From positions 32,001 to 96,000 of the forward strand of contig CAVRJL010000015.1 in the NCBI GenBank assembly GCA_963721525.1: a stretch of 64,000 bases of DNA. Reading direction: 5' to 3'. The notes under the pieces are model-generated. The model was not told the DNA's origin, made no database searches, and saw nothing but the letters and a program-made list of their open reading frames with translations. This stretch comes from an uncultured Negativicutes bacterium. GTDB lineage: Bacteria; Bacillota; Negativicutes; JBAXTZ01. Both the position numbers and the translations under genes were made by a program. Position 1 is the first letter of the stretch, and every line of letters begins with the position of its first letter. Below are positions 9,938 to 20,967 of this stretch, one piece after another.

Positions 9938-10819
9938 TTATTCGCTTTCCGAATTATAATTTAACACAACTAACACATTTTCAAGTGAAGTAATATTTAT
10001 CGCAGATTTAACATATACTTTTTGAAAGCTCGTCAAATTTCTGCTTATTTCTTCTACTTCTCCTATAGATAATCCCTTGGGATATTTCCCCCCAATACCT
10101 GCACTTACTAGTTTATCACCTTTATTTATATTAAGATTAATTGGTATATTATTTATTATAAGTTTAGAAGAATTATTTCCTATTCCTTGAGCTATAAAAA
10201 ATATTCTATTATTTTCTTTTTGAAAAACGACATCTGTAAAACTGTTAAATGATGTCAATAATTGTACCCGAGAGCTTAATCTATATACCTCGCTTATGAA
10301 CCCTACTAATCCATCTTTTGAAACGACAGGCATATTAATTTTTATTCCATCTTTATTCCCTAGATCAATTATAATTGATTCCAATCCATCGTTATTATTA
10401 ATAGCAATAACATTTGCTCCCCTAATTTTAAATAATAGAACTTTATTTTTAAAGTATAATAATTTTTTTAAGTTTCTGTTTTCTATCTCTATTTCTATTT
10501 GTTTATTTTCTTTTTCTTTAAGGATTTGTATTTCATTTTTTAGCATTCTATTTTCTATATATAAATTTTTTATATCATAAAAAAAATTCTCAATATTTTT
10601 AGTCTTTATTACGAAAAAACTGCCAATTTTTTGAAGAGGAAAGCCTATTGTAGCTACAGTGTTATTCCAAAAAGGAAAGACCCCATCGGAAAATTTTAAA
10701 ATTATAAGAAGTGCAGTAAAAATAATACTACTTATAAGATAAATAAGAATTTTTTTATATTTTTTGCGATAAAACATTTTTTTAACATCTTTTAATATTA
10801 TTTTCTTTTTATTATACAT
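9938..10819 (-). CDS. mreC: Rod shape-determining protein MreC (start possibly 10777)
   Basis: TM plus coiled coil, IIIDLGNKDGI, GLVG, GGKYPKGL. Confidence 0.92.
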   Translation of the reverse strand: MYNKKKIILKDVKKMFYRKKYKKILIYLISSIIFTALLIILKFSDGVFPFWNNTVATIGFPLQKIGSFFVIKTKNIENFFYDIKNLYIENRMLKNEIQILKEKENKQIEIEIENRNLKKLLYFKNKVLLFKIRGANVIAINNNDGLESIIIDLGNKDGIKINMPVVSKDGLVGFISEVYRLSSRVQLLTSFNSFTDVVFQKENNRIFFIAQGIGNNSSKLIINNIPINLNINKGDKLVSAGIGGKYPKGLSIGEVEEISRNLTSFQKVYVKSAINITSLENVLVVLNYNSESE

Positions 10820-11185
10820 TTAATATCATACATACTTAATTTATAAGATAAAACTGAAATAATTAAATATTTCTAATATTACCATACATTTTCTAGATTA
10901 TAAGCTTAATAAAACAGATACATTTGAACATTCCTATAAGAAGGATAAAAGGATAGCTTTGTAATAATTGAATTTCTATTTTAACAATTTAAAATATATT
11001 TTTTCTATTTAACATTATCCAATTTATTTTTTATTTCTTTTATAAATTAAAAATTTATTTTAAAGTAAATAATTGTAAAGTTATTGAATTTTTTCGTATA
11101 AATCAGATATATATTTTAATTTTTCTCATTTTCTATTAACGTAATTTTTTGAACTATTGTTTATTCTTTTTCATTTTGACTCATC

Positions 11186-12313
11186 TTATGAGCTTATCTG
11201 CGAAATTATTTTTTTTATTACTTTATCAGGGGCTTGTTTTAAATTTGATAATTTTCCTATACTTTCTATTAGTACCCACCTTATTTTATTCCCATAATTC
11301 TTTTTATCATTTAGTAATAAATTGAATAAGATCCTACTATTACAATTATTTACTTTTATAGGTAAATTAAAAGCTGTTAAACTTGCCTTTATTTTTTTCG
11401 GCATATCTTTATCTTTAACTATTCCAAGTTCATAGCTTAAAAGAGCAGCAGCATACATACCTATTGATACAGCCTCTCCATGCAGGTAACTATAATTACT
11501 TTCTATTTCTATTGCATGGGCTAAAGTATGCCCAAAATTTAAAATGTTTCTATGCCCTTTTCCCCACTCATCTTTTTGTATTATTTTAGCTTTAATTTTA
11601 CAAGTGTCAAGAATAATTTTATTAACTTTTTGCCAATTTCTTTCTTGTATAAATTTTAAATTATCGTTAATATAAGAAAATAAATTTTTATCTATTATTA
11701 TACTAGTTTTAATAATTTCAGCTATTCCAGCAAAATACTGCCTATTACATAAAGTCTCTAAGAATAAGCTATTTATTATAACTGCCTTAGGTTGATGAAA
11801 AATTCCGATTAAATTTTTACTTGTTTTATGATTTACAGCTACTTTACCACCAATACTTGAATCCACTTGTGCTAACAAAGTTGTAGGTATTTGGATAAAA
11901 TCTATTCCACGCATATAAGTAGCTGCAATAAAACCTGCTAAATCGCCTATTACTCCGCCACCAAACGCTACTATCAAAGATTTTTTATCGATATTATATT
12001 CTATAGCTTTGCCATATAAATATTCAGCATATTTCAATGATTTACTATTTTCTCCCGGTCTAACAATTATTATATTTACATAATCAGTTATTCTCTTAAA
12101 ACTTTGTAGTATTTCTTTTCCATAGAGCTTAAAAACGTTGTTGTCTGTTATAATTAATATTTTTTTATTAAAAAATCCGATATTATCAACTATTATACTT
12201 ACATCTCTAGAATAATCATTAATAAAAAAAATAGGATAAGGACTGGTCGTATTTACATTGATTATCTTATATTTTTTTTCTTTTAAATTTAACATGTTTA
12301 ATATATATTCCAA
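11186..12313 (-). CDS. aroB: 3-dehydroquinate synthase
   Basis: GENSK, GGGVIGDLAGF, PTTLLAQVDSSIGGK, LNFGHT, HGEAV. Confidence 0.96.
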   Translation of the reverse strand: MEYILNMLNLKEKKYKIINVNTTSPYPIFFINDYSRDVSIIVDNIGFFNKKILIITDNNVFKLYGKEILQSFKRITDYVNIIIVRPGENSKSLKYAEYLYGKAIEYNIDKKSLIVAFGGGVIGDLAGFIAATYMRGIDFIQIPTTLLAQVDSSIGGKVAVNHKTSKNLIGIFHQPKAVIINSLFLETLCNRQYFAGIAEIIKTSIIIDKNLFSYINDNLKFIQERNWQKVNKIILDTCKIKAKIIQKDEWGKGHRNILNFGHTLAHAIEIESNYSYLHGEAVSIGMYAAALLSYELGIVKDKDMPKKIKASLTAFNLPIKVNNCNSRILFNLLLNDKKNYGNKIRWVLIESIGKLSNLKQAPDKVIKKIISQISS

Positions 12314-12318
12314 ATAAT

Positions 12319-13512
12319 TTACATCTGTTCTATTCTGCTTTTATATGCTGATATCGATTGTTTTAAATCTATCATACAATCTTTTGAAAATTTTCTTAAA
12401 ATTTCTTTTGCTAATACAAAAGAAACCATACTCTCTACTACATAGGCACAAGAAGAAACTGCATACGCATCACTTCTTTCCGTACTAGCTTTTACCTGTT
12501 CTTTTGTTTCTATATTAACAGTTTCCAAAGGGTGCATTAAAGTTGGTATAGGCTTCATTACAGCTTTTATAATAATTCTTTCTCCATTACTCATACCGCC
12601 TTCAATTCCCCCCGCATTATTTGTTTTTCTGTAATATTTTTTTTCTTCCTGAGAATAATTTATTACGTCATGCGCCGCACTTCCCAAAGTATGCGCATAA
12701 TGGAATCCTAATCCAAACTCTACGCCTTTTATTGCTGGAACAGATACTATTTCTCGAGCAAGCAAAGCATCAAGTTTTTTATCATATTGAACAAAACTTC
12801 CTAGCCCTATTATACAATTAAAGACAGCTACAGCTACGATTCCACCTAAAGTATTTCCTTTTTGTTTAACGTTAAAAAATTTTTTTACTATTGTTTTTTC
12901 AACTTTTTTATTTAAATCTCCTAATTTAGATTTATTTTTCAAGTTGGTTAATTGTGAGAAAGATAAATCATTTAAAATCTTTTCCTCGCTTATTTTTATC
13001 CCGCCAATATTAAGAACACAAGAAAAAGTTTTCATTTCTAATTCTTCTAGAAGCTGATTAGAAATGTTCCCCATCACAACCCTAGCGGCTGTTTCTCTTG
13101 CGCTTGCTCGCTCTAAAATATCTCTACAATCGTCCCGGTTATATTTCAATATTCCAGATAAATCGGCGTGTCCGGGGCGTGGAGACACTAATTTTTCTGT
13201 TTGGATTTTTTCTAGTCTTTCTCTATCTTTAATAAAATTTAAAGACATTTTTTCTTTCCAATTAATGTTATCCTTATTTTTAATAAGCACACAAACAGGA
13301 CTACCCAAAGTTTCTCCCAAACGTACGCCTGAAATTATATGTGCTTGGTCCTTTTCTATATTCATTCTTTGTCCGCGCCCTAACCCATACTGTCTCACCT
13401 CTAAAGCTTTATTGATTTTATCAATATTAATTTTCAATCCGGCAGGTAAACCATCAATTATTACACTTAAGCTTTCTCCATGCGATTCTCCTGCAGTTAA
13501 AAATCTTAACAC
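12319..13512 (-). CDS. aroC: Chorismate synthase
   Basis: TAGESHG, RPGHAD, RASARETA, GGIEGGMSNG, MKPIPT. Confidence 0.97.
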   Translation of the reverse strand: MLRFLTAGESHGESLSVIIDGLPAGLKINIDKINKALEVRQYGLGRGQRMNIEKDQAHIISGVRLGETLGSPVCVLIKNKDNINWKEKMSLNFIKDRERLEKIQTEKLVSPRPGHADLSGILKYNRDDCRDILERASARETAARVVMGNISNQLLEELEMKTFSCVLNIGGIKISEEKILNDLSFSQLTNLKNKSKLGDLNKKVEKTIVKKFFNVKQKGNTLGGIVAVAVFNCIIGLGSFVQYDKKLDALLAREIVSVPAIKGVEFGLGFHYAHTLGSAAHDVINYSQEEKKYYRKTNNAGGIEGGMSNGERIIIKAVMKPIPTLMHPLETVNIETKEQVKASTERSDAYAVSSCAYVVESMVSFVLAKEILRKFSKDCMIDLKQSISAYKSRIEQM

Positions 13513-14045
13513 TTTTTGAGAACCTCCATAATATGATAAATTTTACAGATGACAAAAACTATTTCATTAAAAGTTAATTTTTTTGTCGTTATCTGCACAT
13601 CAGAGATTGATTTGTATATCTCCAGCCTTTTTTTAAACTTTTCTTTAAGCTTCAGTTCAAAAAAAGGATCGTTGATATTGGCTAAAGGCCTATTTTTACT
13701 ATTTTTTTTTATTCTTTTCAATATTATATCGAATTCTGTGTTCAACCATATGATGTACACATTGCTTTTTTTTAATAAGTCAATATTTTTTTGCAACTCA
13801 ATAATTCCGCCACCTGTAGAAATGAAAGCATTTTTTTCTAAAAGGGACTTTTCTAAAATCTTATGTTCCAAATTACGGAAATAATTTTCGCCAAAATTAC
13901 TAAAAATAGAATAAATAGGCATTTTATTATTTATCTCTACACATTGATCTATATCTATAAAATTTTTACACAAAATTTCAGCTGACTTTTTTCCTGCTAT
14001 TGTTTTCCCACAGGACATAAACCCTATTAATATTACATTTTTCAT
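13506..14045 (-). CDS. aroK: Shikimate kinase
   Basis: IGFMSCGKT, GENYFRNLE, STGGG, RPL. Confidence 0.93.
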   Translation of the reverse strand: MKNVILIGFMSCGKTIAGKKSAEILCKNFIDIDQCVEINNKMPIYSIFSNFGENYFRNLEHKILEKSLLEKNAFISTGGGIIELQKNIDLLKKSNVYIIWLNTEFDIILKRIKKNSKNRPLANINDPFFELKLKEKFKKRLEIYKSISDVQITTKKLTFNEIVFVICKIYHIMEVLKKC

Positions 14046-15340
14046 AATAATATTTTTTTAAAAACCTTATAAAATCCCGGGAAAGATATATTAATACATT
14101 CTTCATCAGATATATTATTATTGCCTTTCGATCCAAATCCTGCAACTGTAAATGCCATAGCAATGCGATGGTCTTTGTGTGTTTCTATAAAAGCGCCGTT
14201 ATATCCTTTATCGCAGTAATTTTTTCCATATATTATCAACCCGTCAGCTAATACCTCGACTTCTCCTCCCATTGCTTTGATTGCTTCGGCAATAACTAAT
14301 AATCTGTTACTTTCTTTGTTTATCAATTCTTCAGCGTTTCGAATTTCAGTTATTCCTTCAGCATACATAGCCAATACTGCAATAATGGGTATTTCGTCAA
14401 TTAACCTAGGTATTATGAATCCGTTTATTTTTACACAATTTAATTTACTATACTTGATTTTAATATCTGCAGTCATTTCTTGCGAAACAATTTTCGTATT
14501 TATTATTTCTAAATCAGCGCCCATCATTTTAACAACGTCCAGTATCCCAGTCCTAGTAGGATTTATTCCTACATTTTCAATAATAATTTCTGATCCATTT
14601 ATTATTAACGCACTCGCTATTAAAAAAGCTGCAGAAGAAATATCTCCCGGTACTTCAATTTTCTGTGCCAATAATTTATTTATAGGCTTGGTAATTATTT
14701 TCTTTGTTGTATTTATACATTCAATAATTTCTAAATTTGCATTAAATTGTTTTAGCATTAATTCTGTATGATTTCTTGAAATAACGTTTTCAATAACAGT
14801 TGTCTGAACCCCTGCACATAAACCAGAAAGTAAAATTGCTGATTTCACCTGAGCGCTTGGTATAGGTAAACTATAAATTAAAGGATAAAACTTAGTAGTT
14901 TTTTTTATTTTGATATACCCATTTTTGTTTTCTATTTTTGCGCCTAATAAACTTAACGGTTCAATAATACGGCTCATTGGACGCTTTTTTATAGAATTAT
15001 CACCTTCTAAAGTAACATCTATATTTTGAGAGCACAAAACACCACTTAACAATCTAATAGTTGTTCCCGAATTTCCTACATAAATCAACTTATTAGATTG
15101 TTTTATTCCTCGTAACCCTACTCCAGATACAATTATCTCATTCTCTTTTTGCTCGACATCGATACCTAGATGTCTTAAACATTTAACAGTTGATAAACAG
15201 TCAGTACCTGCTAAAAAATTGCTAATAATGGTCGTTCCGTAGGCAATAGCCCCTAAAATAAGGGCTCTATGAGTTATCGATTTATCGCCTGGAACTTTAA
15301 CTTTTCCTTTCAAAGGTTTCATATTAATAAAATTTAACAT
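14042..15340 (-). CDS. aroA: EPSP synthase
   Basis: PGDKSITHR, GNSGTTIR, SAQVKSA, KESNRL, DHRIAM. Confidence 0.97.
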   Translation of the reverse strand: MLNFINMKPLKGKVKVPGDKSITHRALILGAIAYGTTIISNFLAGTDCLSTVKCLRHLGIDVEQKENEIIVSGVGLRGIKQSNKLIYVGNSGTTIRLLSGVLCSQNIDVTLEGDNSIKKRPMSRIIEPLSLLGAKIENKNGYIKIKKTTKFYPLIYSLPIPSAQVKSAILLSGLCAGVQTTVIENVISRNHTELMLKQFNANLEIIECINTTKKIITKPINKLLAQKIEVPGDISSAAFLIASALIINGSEIIIENVGINPTRTGILDVVKMMGADLEIINTKIVSQEMTADIKIKYSKLNCVKINGFIIPRLIDEIPIIAVLAMYAEGITEIRNAEELINKESNRLLVIAEAIKAMGGEVEVLADGLIIYGKNYCDKGYNGAFIETHKDHRIAMAFTVAGFGSKGNNNISDEECINISFPGFYKVFKKILL

Positions 15341-15358
15341 TGCAATTAATCCTTAAAT

Positions 15359-16372
15359 TCACTCTAAAGTTTTTAGAAAATCAGAAAGAGCTTTTATTTG
15401 TTGCATTAATTGCAAATAATTTTCAGGGTTAAGAGATTGTTGTCCGTCACATAAAGCTTTCTTAGGTTGAGGATGCATTTCTATCATTAGTCCATCCGCT
15501 CCAGCAGCTATAGAAGCCATAGACATTGGTTTTATTAATCTCCATAGTCCTGTACCATGGCTTGGATCTACGATAATAGGAAAATGACTCAATTTTTTTA
15601 TTATACCAACTGCACTAATATCTAAAGTATTTCTTGTGTATGTCTCATAAGTCCTTATTCCGCGCTCGCAAAAAATAATCTGATCATTTCCTTCACGAAC
15701 AATGTACTCTGCTGCGTTTAGCCATTCATCAATAGTAGCTGCTATACCACGTTTTATTAAAATCGGCTTATTTATTTTTCCTACTTCTTTTAATAACCTA
15801 AAATTCTGCATGTTACGCGCGCCTATTTGTAAGATATCAGAATATGTGGTAGCTAATTGAATGCTGTCAATATCGGTAACCTCTGTCACTATTTTCAATC
15901 CAGTATATTTACCTATTTCGAATAAATATTTTAAACCTTCTTCTTCTAATCCTTGAAAAGCGTAAGGAGAAGTACGCGGTTTAAAAGCTCCTCCTCGTAA
16001 AAATTGAGCTCCTCCCTGTTTAACAATTTTTGCTGCTTTAAATAATTGTTTACGCGATTCTACAGCACAAGGTCCTGCTATAATTACCGGATTGCCTGCT
16101 CCAATTTTTATTCCTCCGACATCTATTATCGAACAAGTACTTCTAAATTCTCTACTTACCAATTTATATGGAGCTGAAATAGAAACTGTTTTCTCTACAC
16201 CATCAAGCGCTTCAAAATTTAAAGGTAATATTTTTAGCTTATCACCAATAATACTAATTATTATACGGGAATATCCTACAACCATATGCGCTTTTAATCC
16301 ATTTTCATTAATATAATTTATTGCTTTTTCTATTGTGCTTTCTTTTACATCAGTCTCCATTATCACAAGCAT
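15359..16372 (-). CDS. aroF: DAHP synthase type I-beta with N-terminal ACT-like domain
   Basis: IAGPCAVES, KPRTSPY, QIGARNMQN, CERGIR, DPSH. Confidence 0.95.
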   Translation of the reverse strand: MLVIMETDVKESTIEKAINYINENGLKAHMVVGYSRIIISIIGDKLKILPLNFEALDGVEKTVSISAPYKLVSREFRSTCSIIDVGGIKIGAGNPVIIAGPCAVESRKQLFKAAKIVKQGGAQFLRGGAFKPRTSPYAFQGLEEEGLKYLFEIGKYTGLKIVTEVTDIDSIQLATTYSDILQIGARNMQNFRLLKEVGKINKPILIKRGIAATIDEWLNAAEYIVREGNDQIIFCERGIRTYETYTRNTLDISAVGIIKKLSHFPIIVDPSHGTGLWRLIKPMSMASIAAGADGLMIEMHPQPKKALCDGQQSLNPENYLQLMQQIKALSDFLKTLE

Positions 16373-16532
16373 AATTTTTACTCCACTTTTACAATATGAA
16401 CGTTAATTCTAACATATAAACACTAGGTTGTCATTTATAATGTACATTATAAGGGTATAACAAAATACTATCGATACGTTCATATAATAATTCTTTTAAT
16501 GCTTGATTCTACTATTTTTATAATTCTTAAGT

Positions 16533-16568
16533 TTTCATATTATCATAATTTATAATTATAATATGAAA
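16533..16568 (-). terminator. Possible AT-rich hairpin after rimO
   Basis: tttcatattat...ataatatgaaa 11-bp inverted repeat. Confidence 0.35.
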
Positions 16569-16589
16569 TATGATAATACAAGGAATACT

Positions 16590-17915
16590 CTATTTAATAA
16601 TCTTTCCAATTTTATCGTATGCAAATCCATCAATTATTTGAACTTTTATTTTATCTCCAATTTTTATATTTTTATTTTTACTGTCTAAAAAGATTTTTCC
16701 ATCTACTTCTATAGCTTCATATTGGGAACGTCCATAAAATTGCCCCCTTCTTTTTCCCTCGATTAATACTTTTGTTACTTTTCCTATCCTTTTCTTATTT
16801 TGTATCTGAGATATTTTACTTTGTATAGACATAAGTTTATTATATCTTTCTTCTTTGATAATATTATTTACAGTATCTTTAAATTCAGCTGCTAATGTTC
16901 CTTCTTCAGCAGAAAACTTGAATGCTCCTACATGATCAAACTGGTTTTCTTGTATAAAATTAGTCAACTTTTTAAACTTTTCTTCTGTTTCGCCTGGGAA
17001 CCCTACAATAAAAGTAGTCCTAAGAGCAATATCAGGTATTCGATTTTTAATTTTATTTAATAAAATTTTTATTTCTTCATGGGTGTCTTTACGATTCATC
17101 TTCTTTAAAATATCATCATCTATATGTTGTAACGGAATATCAATATATTTACAAACCTTAGGTTCATTAGCAATTAACTCTATCAACTCTTCGTTAAAAT
17201 ATTTAGGATAACAATACAATAATCTTATCCAAAAATCTCCTTTTATAGCCGTTATTTCTCTAAGTAGATTAATTAACTGTGGTTTATTATATAAATCATA
17301 TCCATAACTTGTTGTGTCTTGTGCTATTAAAATTAGTTCTTTTACTCCTGATGAAACTAGTCTATTTGCTTCTATGCTAATACTAGCAATATCTCGACTT
17401 TTCATATTACCCTTAATTAAAGGGATTGCACAATATGAGCACCTATTTGAGCATCCGTCCGCAATTTTTATATAAACACTTTTTTTAGCAGTAAATATTG
17501 TCCTTGTATCTCCATTTTTTTGTAAGCTAACAGGTTCCCCTATACATATTATTCTTTCTTTTAAAAATTTTTTATCAATAACTTTAACAATTTCTCTCCA
17601 TTTACCTGTCCCAACAATAACATCTATTTCGGATATTTTTTCATATAAATCTTCAGAATAACGTTGAGCTAAACATCCTGCTATAATAAGCATTTTGCAT
17701 TTTCCCGTTTTTTTATATTCCGCCACTTCTAATATTGTATCTATAGCTTCTTGTTTAGCTGCTTCAATAAAGCCGCATGTATTTACGATTATAACGTCTG
17801 CTTCTTTTTGTTGTTTGACTAATATATAATTATTTTTTATCAACTGCCCGGCAATTAATTCTGAATCTACTAAGTTTTTTGAACATCCCAAACTTATAAT
17901 TTTTACCGTCTTCAA
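16590..17915 (-). CDS. rimO: Ribosomal protein S12 methylthiotransferase
   Basis: SLGCSKNLVDSE, NTCGFI, CSNRCSYC radical-SAM motif, TRAM domain. Confidence 0.95.
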   Translation of the reverse strand: MKTVKIISLGCSKNLVDSELIAGQLIKNNYILVKQQKEADVIIVNTCGFIEAAKQEAIDTILEVAEYKKTGKCKMLIIAGCLAQRYSEDLYEKISEIDVIVGTGKWREIVKVIDKKFLKERIICIGEPVSLQKNGDTRTIFTAKKSVYIKIADGCSNRCSYCAIPLIKGNMKSRDIASISIEANRLVSSGVKELILIAQDTTSYGYDLYNKPQLINLLREITAIKGDFWIRLLYCYPKYFNEELIELIANEPKVCKYIDIPLQHIDDDILKKMNRKDTHEEIKILLNKIKNRIPDIALRTTFIVGFPGETEEKFKKLTNFIQENQFDHVGAFKFSAEEGTLAAEFKDTVNNIIKEERYNKLMSIQSKISQIQNKKRIGKVTKVLIEGKRRGQFYGRSQYEAIEVDGKIFLDSKNKNIKIGDKIKVQIIDGFAYDKIGKIIK

Positions 17916-17935
17916 CTAATACCTACCAATACATT

Positions 17936-19742
17936 TTACTTATTTTTTATGTTTACCTCTTTTTTTATCAAACATTTTTCCTTAGATCCTATTAAATCTG
18001 TTCTATGTAAAATTTTTAAAGCTTGCACGACTAATTTATGATTTTCTTTTTTCTTATACTGCATCAGAGCTCTTTGCATTTTTCGTTCTTTTATTGATCT
18101 TGCTACATATACTTTTTCTCCAGTAAAAGGATTCATTTTTGTGTAATACATACAAGTCGCTAAACTTCCTGGAGTAGGTATAAAATCTTGTACTTGCTCA
18201 GGATGATATCTGTAGTCGCGTAAAAATTCTGCTAATTCTAATGCTTCGCGTAATCCTGATCCTGGATGGTTTGCCATAAAATAAGGTACTAAATATTGTT
18301 CTTTTTTTACTTTACATGTTGTTTTATAAAATAAGTTGGAGAATTTTAAAAATATATCTTTCCCAGGTTTTCTCATTAAATTAATTACTTTTTTAGATAT
18401 GATCGGGAGCAACTTTTAATTGTCCGCTTATATGATATTCACAGATTTGTTCAAGAAATTTATTATTTTTTTCTTCAAGTAAATAATCATATCTTATTCC
18501 AGAACGAATAAAAACTTTCTTCACTTTTGGCAATTTTCGCAGTTTATTTAATAAATCGGAGTAATCTCTATGATTTACTTCCAAATTTTCACATTTTTTT
18601 GGAAATAAGCATTGTTTATACTTGCAAGCTCCTTTTTCTAGCTGTTTTTTACAAGCTTTATTACGAAAATTAGCAGTAGGTCCGCCCACATCGTGAATGT
18701 AACCTTTAAAATTTTTATCATTTATAAATATCTTTGCTTCATTAATAACAGACTCGTGGCTACGTTTTTGTATTACTCTACCTTGATGAGAGTATAAAGC
18801 GCAAAAACTGCACCCTCCAAAACATCCTCTTGAAGAAACCAGACTGAACTTAACTTCTTCTAAAGCTGGCACTCCCCCCTTTTTATCATACTTAGAATGC
18901 CATGTCCTCATGAACGGCAAATCGTAAATTTTATCCATTTCACTTTCTGTTAAAGGCATTGAAGGAGGATTTTGTATTAAATACTTATTATTGTGCTTTT
19001 GTACTAAAACATTTCCTCTTATAGGGTCTTGTTCTTCATATTGGATTTTAAATGATTTGGCAAACAATATTTTACTTTCTTTTATTTCTTCAAATGAAGG
19101 TATAAAAAAGGCTTTTTTGACATCCTGCTCCTCTCCTATATAGCATGTACCGGGAACATCTTTTATTTGTTCTATTTTTTTACCTTTAGAAAGTTTTTTT
19201 ACAATTTCTACAATTGATTTTTCTCCCATGCCATATACTAATAGATCGGCATTCGAATCGATAAGTATTGAACGACGAATATTGTTGTCCCAATAATCAT
19301 AATGGGCAAAACGACGCAAACTTGCCTCAATACCTCCTATAATAATAGGTAACTTCTTCCAAGCCTCACGCACACGATTTGAATAAACTATTGTTGCTCT
19401 TTCGGGTCTTTGCCCTATAATTCCTCCTGCGCTGTAATTGTCTTTAGAACGAATTTTCTTTGCAGCTGTATATTGATTTAACATTGAATCCAAGTTCCCT
19501 GCAGTTATAAGAGCCGCATATTTAGGTTCTCCAAATTGCTTAAAATCCTTTATATTTCTCCAATCTGGTTGCGCTATTATGGCTACCCTAAATCCCACGC
19601 TTTCTAACACTCGTCCTATAATAGCAGCTCCAAAAGAGGGATGATCTATATAAGCATCCCCGGTAATTAATATAATATCAGGTTTTTCCCAACCTAAACT
19701 TTTCACTTCTTCAACTGTAATCGGTAAGAAATACTTTACCAT
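17936..19742 (-). CDS. YgiQ-family radical SAM protein, split by a frameshift near 18395-18400
   Basis: [28 protein letters not shown]; frame breaks at GQLKVAPDH and resumes [12 protein letters not shown]...QVQDFIPTP; consistent with loss of one TA from CATATATCT. Confidence 0.88.
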
Positions 19743-20778
19743 AATCCTCTTTAAGTTTTGCTATTAATTTTTCTATTGCATTATCAATATTGTCGCTATC
19801 GATAATACATTGATAGTGTTCTTTATTATATTTTTCATATCCATATAAAGGGTCATAATAATCATTTAATAAAATTTCTACAATTTCATCATATTTTTTA
19901 CTTTCTAAAAAATTTTTTAAAGTTTTGTATTTTTGGTTTTCTATTTTGTGAATTAATTTATATAACGCTTGAGATAATTCAACATTAACAGTAGTTTCAT
20001 CAACATCAGTATATTCATCTACTATACGCCGTATCCTCTTGCTCATAGAAGATTTTAATAACACCCTTTTCCCATTATTCATAGCTTTAAATAGTTTTTT
20101 AGGTATATAAACATTTCCAATTCTTTTACTTTCACATTCAATAAGCAAATAAGGGGAAGAAGAAAATTTTTCTAATTCGCTAAGCAATAAAGAGTCAAAT
20201 TTTTTTGCACTTTGACTTTTTCCCATACCTGCATGTCCGAATACCGAACCTCGATGATTAGCTAAGGCTTCTAAATCAATTGCCGCACCACCTAATGCTC
20301 TAAATTTTTTTATCAATTCAGTTTTCCCCGTACCCGTTGAACCGCATAAGACGATAATATCTTGTTTTATTTCATATTCCGATAATTTTCTTATTATTTC
20401 TGTGCGATACAATTTATATCCGCCAATTAATTTCTGTATGTTTAAATTTAAAGCCATATTTACCAATTGTAAGGCAATGTTTGAACGCATACCTCCGCGC
20501 CAACAATAAACAATAACCTTCTTTTTTACATCTAAATTTGCAAACTGGTTGATAAAATTCGGCAATTTTTGCGACATAATAAGCATCGCAATATATTTTG
20601 CTTCTGCTTTGCCTTTTTCCTTATATGTAGTTCCTACAACCATTCTTTCTTGATTGTTTAAAAGAGGAATATTTATAGAATTTATTATTTGTCCAGCTTC
20701 ATATTCTTTCTCTGAACGAACATCCACAAATATAGCATTTCCCAAATTCAAAGTACTATTTTCATCAACTTTTTTCAT
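19711..20778 (-). CDS. mnmH: tRNA 2-selenouridine synthase
   Basis: Rhodanese DVRSEKEY and [10 protein letters not shown]-loop [26 protein letters not shown]. Confidence 0.93.
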   Translation of the reverse strand: MKKVDENSTLNLGNAIFVDVRSEKEYEAGQIINSINIPLLNNQERMVVGTTYKEKGKAEAKYIAMLIMSQKLPNFINQFANLDVKKKVIVYCWRGGMRSNIALQLVNMALNLNIQKLIGGYKLYRTEIIRKLSEYEIKQDIIVLCGSTGTGKTELIKKFRALGGAAIDLEALANHRGSVFGHAGMGKSQSAKKFDSLLLSELEKFSSSPYLLIECESKRIGNVYIPKKLFKAMNNGKRVLLKSSMSKRIRRIVDEYTDVDETTVNVELSQALYKLIHKIENQKYKTLKNFLESKKYDEIVEILLNDYYDPLYGYEKYNKEHYQCIIDSDNIDNAIEKLIAKLKEDYGKVFLTDYS

Positions 20779-20967
20779 TTTTTTAATTTATTATTTTGTT
20801 TTATTTTCATTGCATTTAAATATTTTTCATGTATATGTTGCTCATTATTATTTTTTTGTGTTAGAGTAAAAAATCTATATCCAAAATTATCTGTATATTT
20901 TCCCAAATAATTTATGTTGAGTTACAGCTATTTCCTTTATTATCTATGAACGATTATTTTACTCAAC

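Noticed and set aside
10820-11185. AT-rich gap where maf/radC/mreB might be expected
   Set aside because: No recognisable peptide fragments or structure could be supported
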